From the NCBI GenBank assembly GCA_963575745.1, contig CAUYUJ010000281.1:1-64000 (forward strand): DNA of 64,000 nt, written 5' to 3'. Positions 1 to 11,314 of this stretch are shown here, piece after piece; the first letter of the stretch is position 1; every line of letters begins with the position of its first letter. The DNA comes from Prorocentrum cordatum (taxonomy: Eukaryota). The notes under the pieces are model-generated. The model saw only the letters and a program-made list of their open reading frames with translations, ran no database searches and was not told the origin of the DNA. The position numbers were made by a program, and so were the translations under genes.

Positions 1-94
1 CTCTCCTCTTACTCGTAATCTTCCTTGTCTGCGAGCCACTCCTTGTCCCCATCCCCAGTTTTTATTGCAGTGGCTCCTCTTTGGAGGTGTTCCT

Positions 95-905
95 GGGCCC
101 CTCTCAAAAGCTTTTTGGGGACCTCTGGGGGCCTCCTGGGCGCCTTTTGGGGGCCTCTGGGGGCTTCTTGCGGCCACCTTGCTACCAACCACGGTCTCCC
201 TGAACGACCGGGTCACGATTGGGAGTGCTTCGGGAGGCGTCTTGGGGCCATCTGGGGCTGTCAGCGGGGCTCTCTTGGGGCCATCTTGCGGCCCTGTTGG
301 ACCATATTGGGGCTCTTTTGGACTGTCTGGAAGCCCTTTGACACCGTTGTGGGAGGATTTTGGGGGCCTCTTTGGCGGACTCGGACGCACGGAATACCGA
401 AGAACCGAATGTCCAACATTCGATATGTTATTAATGTATATGGTATATGTCGCTATGAAGATTTATAATATTATATATATGTGTGTTGTTATTATTTATT
501 ATTGTAATGATCTATATATATAGATATAGATTATATATTAGACTAAATAAATAAATAATAATTATATATATATAACTATATTATAAATATATATATAATA
601 TATATATAAGGAAAGTGCTGTTTCTTTGCACTTGGAGGACCTCTTGGGGGTCTTCTTTGGGTCGTTTTCGGGCGTCTTGGGGCTGTCTGGGGCCGCGTGG
701 GGCTCTCGCGGGGCCGTTTGGCCGCCCTCCTGACCGCTTTGGGCCCGCTGGCAAGGCCCGGCAGGGGCGTCCAGGAGGCCCGGAAGGCCTGGGGGACCCC
801 CTCGCAAGGCGTCCAGGGGGCCCCAAAAGCGCCAGATCCCGGGGGTCCGATTTTCCGGGGGGGGGGTCCCACCCCCCCGGATTGTAAAGATATAGAAAAG
901 GGAAT
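95..905. repeat. Degenerate GGGGCCTCTTGG-type interspersed repeat with AT-rich (TA)n core
   Basis: Repeated ggggcctc(t/c)tgggg words at 95-380 and 635-835 flank AT-rich DNA at 420-610. The same word family recurs at ~29030-29220, 29640-29850, 33830-34040, 40820-41270 and 43690-43800, in both orientations. Confidence 0.75.
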
Positions 906-940
906 ATCCCGCATGCGTTTTGGCCAAGGTCTAGTATTCT

Positions 941-1255
941 TTGGATCCAATATGGCTTCTCAAAGGCGAGAGAGATCGATTAGACGCGTTTCATTGCAAA
1001 GGCATCCGGGCGAGATTGGGTACCCCGCCGGCGTTTATTTCCAGGGTCGCCAACTCCATCGTGCTAGACAAAGCTGGAGCGAAGCCACTCTCTGGCATAT
1101 TGGCTGACAAGCAGACGGCGCTGCACACCAACATCGCAGATGGAAATGATTCGTGCCTGAAATCTATACTTTGCAACGTAGCCGGCTCTCCCAGACAGTG
1201 GGCCTCTCGCAGAAAGCGAGGGCGGCCGCGGCAGCGTTGGGCCACATCGGTCGAT
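941..1255 (+). mobile_element. 5'-truncated non-LTR retrotransposon (LINE) fragment, C-terminal end of ORF2
   Basis: The translation WLLKGERDRLDAFHCKGIRARLGTPPAFISRVANSIVL...RRKRGRPRQRW matches the post-RT C-terminal pattern of RTE/L2-like LINEs (L.AFH..CLR.I ... R.RGRP...W). Confidence 0.7.
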
Positions 1256-1929
1256 CCGCCTCTTCTCGTAACCGTAGGCAGGATCCCCTCTTCCTTCTCT
1301 TCCTCCTCCTCCTCGTTTTGCAGTCGGGCGCTTCCGCGTTCTGCTTCACAGTCGTGGGGCGCTTTGTTTCCCGCGCCTCTTTCAATAATTACCGAAGGGC
1401 TGCCAATTGCGCGTTTTTCTGCCCGCGCGTCCTTCCGGATGTTTGGCTCTGTGGTGGTGGTGGCGGTGGCGAAGGGGCGGCTACGTGAGCAGCGCAGAGG
1501 CGGGAGCAGAAGTTCAGAAAACCAATGCGCGACGCTGCGGTGGTATTTGACCCATCCGCTCCTGGGGCGGCAAATTTTTCGACGGGCGCGGCGCTGGCGA
1601 AGCGTGCGCCGCGCCGACACAGCACTGGCACTGTCATGCGCAAGCTGCGCGGTGCTCGTGCCAAGACAGTGCTTCGCCCGCCCTCGCGCAGCCCTGCTGC
1701 CGCTGCCGCCCCCATGCGGTTCCGCGAGCGGCGCATGCACGCCGCGCACGCGCGAGAGCGCCATCGCCAGGGGAACTGCGCACGCAATTCGAGCGAGGGC
1801 GACGAGTCGCCCGCTCGCGCGAAGGCCTGCAAGCTTGGCGGGCGAGACGTATGCGCAGCGCCGAGGCTGAAGCGGCACGTTCAGGCGAAATCTGCTTGGC
1901 GTTGCGGTGGACGATCATTGGAGAGGAAG

Positions 1930-2530
1930 CGCGTTGCCAAGTAATTTCCAGATGTTTAACACATGTGTTAACCATGCTCTAAGCATGTTCGAGCATGTAA
2001 AAACATGCTCAAAACATGTTTAAAGCATTTTTCCGACATTGAAAACCATGTTTCAGTTCAGTGATCGGAGTATTAGGGTGTCCAGTGTCGCGGCATTCGC
2101 AAGCTTGGCGCTGAGGCGAGAGCAGCGTTTCCGAACCGCCCGCGCATCGACGAATCGAGGCGTGCGCACCACGTGCGCCGCGCCCAGGCGGAAACAGAAT
2201 GCGGAGGAACAGCGAGCGCGGCACCCACGCGACAGCGACATGTCGCGTGTGGAGGAAATCAATGGAGAGGAACCATGTTGCCAAATAGTTCCTTGATGTC
2301 GAAAGCGTGTTTAAAAAAACATGTGGTAAAATTGTAAAACACATGTTTTAAACATGCTCGTGACATTTGTCCGCCATGTTGAACACATTCTACATTCAAG
2401 GGGAGGGCTGTTAGGGTGTCCATTGTCGTGGCATCCGCAACATTTCGCCCCTTCGCGCGCGATGTGTGCCGCGTCCCACATCTGCCACGTGTCACAACGT
2501 GGGCGCCACAACGTCTATGTTGAGCGATGT
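1930..2530. repeat. Two tandem ~340-bp units (AAACATGTTT-rich block then TAGGGTGTCCA(G/T)TGTCG); related copy at ~32200-32365
   Basis: Shared words gttgccaa(g/a)ta, an aaacatgttt cluster, and ttagggtgtcca at 2073 and 2411; ttagagtgtccattgtc at 32331. Confidence 0.65.
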
Positions 2531-2962
2531 TATGGTGCCAGAGCATCGAATTCAATAGTGTGCCAAGCGAGGTCCCAATTTTAGAAGATGCCGACCTCCA
2601 TCTGTGTGAATGTTGTGTATTGTAGCGTTGGGGCGATGAAACTTGAGGAAATCTGAAGCGATACCCACATTAGGAAAACTAATCGCCCTCCATCAATGTA
2701 CGTAGCTACTGCAGGCCTTGAAGCGACTGTGCGCGGCGTTATGGAGAAAGCTACGGTGAAGACCACCTGCGCTACAACCATGTAATTGGTTGTGCTTTCA
2801 AGTTTCAGGATCAGAATGTGCGAGGAAGGCTCTGGAGAACCACCTCCCTACCCGCTGTACAGATACTTTGAGTGGCTCCACAAGGAAGGGTATATTGTAA
2901 GATAGAGGGGGTGCATGACAAGAACAGGGAGGGGCAGGAGCATGCAGTGGGGAGGGAACGAT

Positions 2963-3132
2963 AATGACGACGATGATGCTGATGATGATGCTGATGATGA
3001 TGATGATGCTCATGATGATGATGATGACGACGATGCTGGTGCTGATGCTGATCATGGTGCTGCTGATGATGATGCTGCTGATGATGCTGATGATGCTGTG
3101 GCTGCTGCTGTTGTTGATGATGCTGCTGCTGC

Positions 3133-3163
<31 letters not shown>

Positions 3164-3178
3164 GATGGTGTTGATGCT

Positions 3179-3209
<31 letters not shown>

Positions 3210-3411
3210 ATGATGGTGATGGGTGATGGCGGTGGTTATGATGGCGATGATGATGATGACGATGCTGGTGCTGATGCTGATGCAAATGATGATGCTGCTG
3301 AGGAAGATTATGACGATGATGCTGCTGATGCTGATGATGCTGCTGAAGATGATAATGATGATGATGATGATGATGATGATCCTGATCCTGATCCTGATGA
3401 TGATGATGCTT

Positions 3412-3465
<54 letters not shown>

Positions 3466-3629
3466 GGTATGACGGTGATTATGATGACGATGATGCCGAT
3501 GATGACGATGACGATTGAGATGATGAGGAGGAGGAGGGGGAGGAGGAGGAGGAGGAGCAGGATGATGATGATGACGATGATGGTGATGATGATGATGCTG
3601 CTGATGATGATGATGATGATGAGGGGAAC

Positions 3630-3660
<31 letters not shown>

Positions 3661-4120
3661 ATGAGGATGATGGTGATGATGATGCTGGTAATGATGCTGC
3701 TGATGCTGATGATGATGTTGTTGATGATGATGGTGATGATGAGGATGATGATGCTGATGATGATGATGACGATGAGGATGATGAGGATGATGGTGGCGGT
3801 GACAGTAATGATTATGATACGTGTTGGTGATTGGGATGTTGCTGGCGAAGGCGATGGTGATGGTGATGGCGATGGTGATAGTGGTGGTGGTGGTGATGGT
3901 GGTGGTGGTGATGGTGATAGTGAGTTTTGTGATGATTATGCTGATAATGTTTATGATGATGTTGTTGATGCTGATGGTGATGGGGATGGTGATGATTGCG
4001 GTGGTGGTGGTGGTGGTGGTGATGCGGATAATAATTGTGGTGTCGGTGGTGGCGGTGGTGGTGGTGGGGTTGATGGCGGTTGTGATAGTGGTGGTGGTCG
4101 CGGTGGGAGTGATGATGAGG
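2963..4120. repeat. Compound trinucleotide microsatellite (GAT/GCT/GGT/GAG)n
   Basis: Directly visible; produces the poly-D/M/H ORFs. Confidence 0.95.
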
Positions 4121-4129
4121 GTTAGCTGG

Positions 4130-4132
<3 letters not shown>

Positions 4133-4166
<34 letters not shown>

Positions 4167-4215
4167 GGAGAGAGAGAGAGAGAGAGAGAGAAAAAAAAAA
4201 TAGAGAGAGAGAGAG
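4133..4215. repeat. (GA)n microsatellite
   Basis: Directly visible. Confidence 0.95.
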
Positions 4216-4579
4216 CAGCAGGAGGAGCACGGGAGAGGCAACGGGGACTAGGGGGCAAGCCAGGTGCGCTCGCGCCTCATCTGACATCCCATCCCTACCT
4301 CACATTATTTTCCATTGTGCTGCTGTTCCTCTTTCCGCTGACGCGTGTCATAGCACCACATCGTGGTATGCGCAATCGCGGAAGGGGAGCTGCGTGCACA
4401 GGAGGAGGAGATGTCGGGTGAGCAGGGGGATGGGCGGGAGGAAAGGGACGAAGTCGAACAGCACCAGCGGGAACTGGAGGGGTGGGCGCGAGAGTGGCGG
4501 GCGGCGGCAGCGATGAAGGACGATTCGGGCTTAGAAACGTGGCCCGCGTTGAGGCGAGAGTGTCATTTTGAGCGACGGG

Positions 4580-4662
4580 GTAGTGTTTGTAGTAGCAGTA
4601 GTGGTAATAGTAGTAGTAGTAGTAGCAGTAGTAGTAGTAGTAGTAGTAGTAGCAGTAGTAGC

Positions 4663-4709
<47 letters not shown>

Positions 4710-4781
4710 AAGTAGCAGTAGCAGTAGCAGTAGCAGTAGTAGTAGTAGTAGCAGCAGTAGTAGTAGTAGTAGTAGTAGCAG

Positions 4782-4817
<36 letters not shown>

Positions 4818-4864
4818 CAGCAGCAGTAGTAGTAGTAGTAGTAGTAGTAGTGTTCGTAGTAGTC

Positions 4865-4924
<60 letters not shown>

Positions 4925-4925
4925 T

Positions 4926-4957
<32 letters not shown>

Positions 4958-5152
4958 TAGTAGTGGTGGTGGTGGTGGTGGTGGTGTGGTGGCGGTGGTG
5001 GTGGTGGTGGTGTGTGGTGTTGGTCGTGGTGGTAGTCGGCTCGTCGCAGGTCTTCGCGTCGGGGTCGGTGCCGTAGTAAGTAGTAGTAGTTGTATTAGTA
5101 GTCAGTATTAATAAGTATTAGTGAGTAATAGTCGTAGTAGTAAGTGGTAGTG

Positions 5153-5187
<35 letters not shown>

Positions 5188-5461
5188 CGTAAGTCCGTAG
5201 TCGTAGTTCGTTAGTCGTAAGTTCGTAGTCGTAGTCGAAAGTCCGTAGTCGCAGTCGTAGTCGTAGTCGAAGTCGTAGTCGCAGTCGTAGTCCTAGTAGT
5301 AGTAGTAGTAGTAGTAGTAGCAGAATTTTTGGTAGTGCTAGTAGTAGTAGTAGTAGTAGTAGTAGTCGCCGTTGTAGTAGTAGCAGTAGGGTTCGTAGCA
5401 GTAGTCCTAGAAGTAGCAGTAGTCGTAGTAGTAGTAGTAGTAGTAGTAGTAGCAGCAGTAT

Positions 5462-5512
<51 letters not shown>

Positions 5513-5524
5513 TAGTAGTAGTCC

Positions 5525-5593
<69 letters not shown>

Positions 5594-5594
5594 C

Positions 5595-5629
<35 letters not shown>

Positions 5630-5875
5630 TCGTCGTCGTCGTCGTCGTAGTCGTAGAAGTAGTAGTAGTAGTAGTAGCACTACTCGTAGTAGGTCTAGTA
5701 GTAGTTCTAGTAGCAGTAGTAGTAGTAGTCGTAGTAGTAGTAGTAGTAGTCGTAGTAGTAGTAGCAGTAGTAGTAGTAGTCGTAGCCGTAGCCGTAGCAG
5801 TAGTAGTAGTAGTAGTAGTAGCACTAGTCGCCGTCGTAGTCGAAATCGTAGTCGTAGGCGTAGTCGTAGTCGTAA

Positions 5876-5921
<46 letters not shown>

Positions 5922-5922
5922 C

Positions 5923-5954
<32 letters not shown>

Positions 5955-6150
5955 CGCCGTAGAAGTAGCAGTAATAGTAGTAGTAGTCGTCGTAGTAGTA
6001 GTAGTAGTAGTGGTGGTAGTAGTAGTCGTCCTAGAAGAAGAAGAAGAAGTATTAGTAGTAGTAGTAGTAGTCGTAGTAGTAGTAGTAGTAGTAGTAACAG
6101 TAGTAGCAGTAGTAGTAGTGTTAGTCGTAGTAGTAATAGTAGTAGTTCTA

Positions 6151-6186
<36 letters not shown>

Positions 6187-6329
6187 GTAGTAGTAGCAGC
6201 AATAGTAGTAGTAGTAGTAGTGGTAGTAGTACTAGTCCTAGAAGAAGTAGTAGTAGTAGCTGTTGTTGTAATAGTAGTAGTAGTAGTAGTCGTAGTAGTA
6301 GTACTAGTAGTAGTCGTAGTCGTAGTAAC

Positions 6330-6367
<38 letters not shown>

Positions 6368-6602
6368 TAGTAGTAGTAGTAGTATGGGTAGGAGTAGTAG
6401 TAATAGTAATACTAGTAGTTGTAGTAGTAGTAGTAGTAGTAGTCGTAGTAGTAGTAGTAGTAGTAGTCGTCGTCGTCGTCATTCTATTTGTAGTAGTAGT
6501 CGCTGTCGTAGTCGAAGTCGTAATCGTCGTCGTAGTCGTAGTAATAGTAGTAGTAGTAGTAGTAGTAGTAATAATAGTAGTAGTAGTAGTAGTCGTCGTA
6601 GC

Positions 6603-6634
<32 letters not shown>

Positions 6635-6715
6635 TAGTAGTAGTAGTAGTGGTTCTAGTCGTAGTAGTAGTAGTGATAGTTGTAGTAGTAGTAGTATTAG
6701 TAGTAGTAGTAGTAG

Positions 6716-6752
<37 letters not shown>

Positions 6753-6900
6753 AGTAGTTGTAGTAGCCGTAGTAGTAGTGGTAGTAGTAGTAGTAGTAGT
6801 CGTAGTAGTAGTAGTAGTAGTAGTGGTAGTGGTAGTAGTAGTAGTAGTCCTAGAAGTAGTAGTTGTAGTCGTAGTGGTAGTAGTAGTAGTAGTAGTAGTC

Positions 6901-6941
<41 letters not shown>

Positions 6942-7273
6942 TCTAGTAGTAGTAGTAGTAGTAGTAGCAGTAGTAGTAGTAGTAGCAGCAGTAGTAATAG
7001 CAGCAGTAGTAGCAGCAGTAGTAGTAGTCGTCGTAGTCGCAGTCGCCAGTCGTAGTCGTAGTAGTAGTAGTGTATTAGTTAGTGAGAAAGTAGTAGTCAG
7101 TTAGTTAGTAGTAGTAGTAGAAGAGTCGCTTAGCTAGTATGAAGTAGTAGCTAGTAGCAGTAGTCGTAGTAGTATATAGCAGTAGTCATAGTCAGTCCGT
7201 CGTCGTTAGTGAGGGTGTAGAAGTAGTGTCTAGTCGTACGTGTAGTAGTAGTAGTAGTAGTAGTAGTAGTTAA

Positions 7274-7304
<31 letters not shown>

Positions 7305-7323
7305 CGTAGTAGTAATAGTAGTC

Positions 7324-7375
<52 letters not shown>

Positions 7376-7464
7376 CAGTAGCAGTAGCAGTAGTAGTCGT
7401 AGAAGTAGTCGTAGAAGTAGTCGTAGAAGTAGTCGTAGAAGTAGTCGTAGTAGTCGTAGTAGTC

Positions 7465-7512
<48 letters not shown>

Positions 7513-8191
7513 ATAGTAGTAATAGTAGTAGTAGTAGTAGTAGTAGTAAGTCGTAGTAGTCGTAGTAGTAGTAGTAGTTATGTATGTAGAGTAGTCGTTA
7601 GTGAGTAGTGGCCGGCGGAAGTATGTTAGAGGATGTCCCGTTAGTAGTAGTAAGTAGTAGTAGTAGAAGTAGTCGTAGTAGTAGGCGTAGTAGTAGTGTA
7701 GAAGTAAGCTCTAGTAGTAGTTAGTAAGTAGTATGTTAGTCGTAGTTAGTTTCGTAGTCAGTAGTAGTAGTAGTAGTAGTAGTAGTAATAGTAGTAGTGA
7801 GTGAAGGTCGTCGTCTCGTAGTAGTGGTCGTAGAAGTAGTTAGTTAGTAGTTCGTAGAGTAGTAGTGTAGTAGTAGTTAGAGTAGTAGTAGTATGTAGTA
7901 GTCGTATAGTAGGTAGTACAGTAGTAGTTAGTCGTCGTCGTAGTAGTGGTCGTAGAAGTAGTCACAACACGTAGTAGTAGTAGGTCGTAGTAGTAGTATT
8001 AGTAGTAGTAGTAGTTAGTAGAAGTAGCGTAGTAGTATGTCGTAGTAGTAGTCGTAGAAGTAGTAGTGTTCAGTATCCTGTAGTAAGTAGTAGTAGCGTA
8101 GTTAGTATAGTAGCTGGTTAGAGTACGTCGTTAGTCGATAGTAGTAGTAGTAGTCGTCGTAGTAGTCGTAGAAGTAGTAGTAGTAGTAGTC

Positions 8192-8226
<35 letters not shown>

Positions 8227-8319
8227 CGTAGTAGTAGTAGTAGTAGTAGTAATAGTAGTAGTAGTAGTCGTCGTAGTAGTCGTAGAAGTAGTAGTAGTAG
8301 TCGTAGTAGTAGTAGTAGC

Positions 8320-8358
<39 letters not shown>
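4580..8358. repeat. ~3.8 kb (GTA)n microsatellite with GTC/GCA/GAA variants
   Basis: Directly visible; produces the poly-V/S/T/L/Y ORFs. Confidence 0.97.
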
Positions 8359-8359
<1 letters not shown>

Positions 8360-9542
8360 AACAACGGGAGAAGCGCGTCGATCCGAAAATTTGGCCCGCG
8401 CTGCAGCGAGAGCACCGGTTCGAAGGACCGGTTTTGGAGCACCGGGCTGTGCAAACGACCATAAGACGGACCAATCGTTGAAATTTCTGGTAGAAATCAG
8501 CACGCGGAGAGGGCCACGTATCGTTTGGACTGGGTCACGGGAGAGAGAAGAGTCGTATTCATTTGGTTTTGAGGGCGAGAGGGGAAGGGGGATTGTAGCA
8601 GGAGGAGGGGGAAGAGCGGAAGCTGAAAAGGGGCATGCAGCGGAAAACGATTGGGGGGTCGATTGAGCTCAGACCAGCATCCCAGCCAGGACGACCGCCG
8701 TCCGCGAGGGTGACCACTATGTTGTGAACGGCAACAAGAAGTGGCGCGGGATAGATGCGACGGAGGGGTTCAAGAGGAGTTTTGATCAGAAAGGTGATGG
8801 CTAAGCTCGCGCGTTCGGGGCATAGGGACGGGTACATAGGAGGACACATGGATGGCCCATCCATGTGTCCTCCTCGGATGGGCCCAAGCCGAAGGATGTG
8901 GAGGAGGAAGAGGCGGAGGAAGAGGAGACGGAGGAGGAGGAAGGGGGGAGGAAGAGGAGGAGGAGGAGGAGGAGGAGGAGGAGGATCAGGAGCGGCATGA
9001 GGAGCATTTGTATGCAGGAGTCAGAGGCTTTGGAGGAGCGGGATGAGGAGCAGGAGCAGGAGGAGCAGGAGGAGCAGCAGGAAGGAGTTGAGAGGACGAC
9101 GAGCGAGCAGGGAAGAGGAAGAGGAATAGGAGAAGAAGGAGGAGGAGGAGGAGGAGGGGGACGGGGGAGGAGGAGCACGTGGGAGAGGAGGAGTATGCGG
9201 AGGACGATGAGCGAGGAGCGAGGAGCGAGGTGGAGAAGGAGGAGGAGGAGAAGAGGAGGAGGAGGAAGAGTAGGAGGAGGAGGAGGAGGAGGAGGAGGAG
9301 GAGAACGAGGAGGAGAATGATGAAGAGGAGGAAGAGGAGGAGCGAGGAGCGAGGAACAGCAGCAGGGGCATGCGATCTTGCAGTAGCGTGGCGGGAACGC
9401 GCATCTGAAGTCGTACCGGACCTCGCGGTGTTGGAAGGACAATGGGCCGCAACTTTCGGGACCAAGCGCCGGTCCATCCAGCTTTCGCGCCGAAGACCGC
9501 GGGAATCCGCCAAAGACCGCCGGAAACCGCCGAAGACCGTTG

Positions 9543-9718
9543 CAGTCGGGGCGCTGAAGAAGGAACCCTTTTCGATGGGGAGTGGCTCGGTGTTCCTTGA
9601 TTGTTTCAAAGTTTGCCTCGGGTTTTCCTGAGGTTTTCCATGGGAAATCGAGGTTGGACTTATGGGAAAAAGGGGCCTCGTTCCTTATTTAGGGTTCCTT
9701 AGGTCAACGCCTCGACTG
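9543..9718 (+). mobile_element. MITE family A copy (TIR CAGTCGGGG...)
   Basis: Starts cagtcggggcgctgaagaaggaacc and ends ggttccttaggtcaacgcctcgactg; colinear with the copies at 10601 and 51824. Confidence 0.8.
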
Positions 9719-9845
9719 CAGAAGACCGCCGAAGACCGCCGAAGAAGGCCCAGGAGCAAGGGGTAGCAAGGGGTCCACGGTCGACCACGTAGAGGCCCCG
9801 AAGGCGGCACAAGCTTATGGGGCGCTCCAGGAAGAGTGTCGCCTA

Positions 9846-10033
9846 CAGTGAGCGGCTTGAGTAAGGGACACTTACTTTTCAAAAGGGGCTCGGTCGTTCC
9901 TTAGATTTTGCATGCGTTATTTACAGTTCCTTATGCGTTATCTATTATTCATCGGTCCTGATGAGTTATTCCTTGGGATTAAAAAAGGGGCTTCGTTCCT
10001 TATCTATCGTTCCTTGGGTCAGGCCGATGACTG
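9846..10033 (+). mobile_element. Diverged relative of MITE family A with TA flanks
   Basis: TA|cagtgagcggcttgagtaagg ... ccttgggtcaggccgatgactg|TA; shares aaaaggggc(c/t)tcgttcc with family A. Confidence 0.65.
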
Positions 10034-10600
10034 TACACCAGATGGTAGACTCATCAAAGGATCAAAGCAGGAAAAGGTACCATTTGCCGCTACCATTCCC
10101 CAGCTTGCCCCTTTTTTGTTGGGGCCTCTCGGGAGGTCCTCGCCGTCACCGCCGGATTCGCCCCACGATTCTGGTCAGGACGCGCCCCGGGAGAGCTCCG
10201 TGGAGCCGCGGCATCGTTACCTCTTGGTCTCCCCAGTTCATGTGGCGATAGCGCGCGCCGGCGACGCTCCCCCTCCTCCTCCTCCTCCTCCTCCTCCTCC
10301 TCCCCCTCCTCCTCCTCCTCCTCCTCCTCCTCCTCCTGGCGAAGGCGTTCCAGGCTGAGTTCTGCGACGCGCGGAGGCACCGAGGGACGCGGCGACGCCC
10401 AAGTTGGCACCCTGTGTCTGTACTGGGGTATTTCACTTTGGCCCACGTCCGCAGTGAATAAGGAAAAGTAAATATAGATCAGCATCCCATCCAATCGCAG
10501 ATGCCAGTCAGTCTCTCCACGATCTCACACGCTCAGTGTTTGCCACGCACAATGGAGCAAGACCACAAGCTTGCCCTCTTCTCTGAAGTCTGTCCGCATA

Positions 10601-10777
10601 CAGTCGGGGCCCTGAAGAAGGAACCCTTTTCGTTGGGGAGGGGCTCCGCGTTCCTTAAGCGTTTCGCAGCTTGCCCCAGGTTTTCCTTAGGTTTCCGATG
10701 GGGCATCGAAGTGTAGCTTCTGGACCAAAAGGGGCCTCGTTCCCTATTTTGGGCTCCTTAGGTCAAGGCCCCGACTG
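10601..10777 (+). mobile_element. MITE family A copy, TA target-site duplication (Tc1/mariner-type)
   Basis: TA|cagtcggggccctga ... ggtcaaggccccgactg|TA; 177 bp; non-coding. Confidence 0.85.
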
Positions 10778-11314
10778 TAAAGAGAAACGGTTCGGGGTGA
10801 GCAGACGGTCCTGGGGAAGGGCCCACTTGGAGCCGACGGGCCTGACCCCGATGACTCGGCGCCGGGCGGCCCCATCCGACGCGGCCCCGAGATTCCGGCG
10901 TTCGGTCCGACGCCTTCACGGCGCCGTCTCGTCCACGCTCCAACTCCAATTCCTCCTCCTCCTCCTCCTCCTCATCCTCCTCCCTCCTCCCTCCTCCCTC
11001 CTCCTCCTCCTCCTCCTCCTCCTCCTCGTCCTGGTCCTCCTCCTCCTCCTCCTCCTCCTCCTCCTCCTCCTCCTCCTCCCCCTCCCCCTCCTCCTCCTCC
11101 TCCTCCGAAGGTCAACGCCCCGACTGTATGGCACACACGAGCCCTTGGCCAACCCCGCCAGGTCGAACAAAGGGAGCCGCAGCACGCGGCGACGGTCTTC
11201 TGCCCCTGGCGGCGGCAGGCCTGCGGAGGGCTCCTCGCGGAGGGCAGACGAGGCCGCGCCTCCGCCGGCGCCAAGCTGGCGGCAGCGGACACCGCCCCCC
11301 AAAGAGATGCTGTC

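Noticed and set aside
2915..8503. Long ORFs of up to 591 aa (poly-V/T/S/L/D/H)
   Set aside because: Products of trinucleotide microsatellites that lack stops in some frames.
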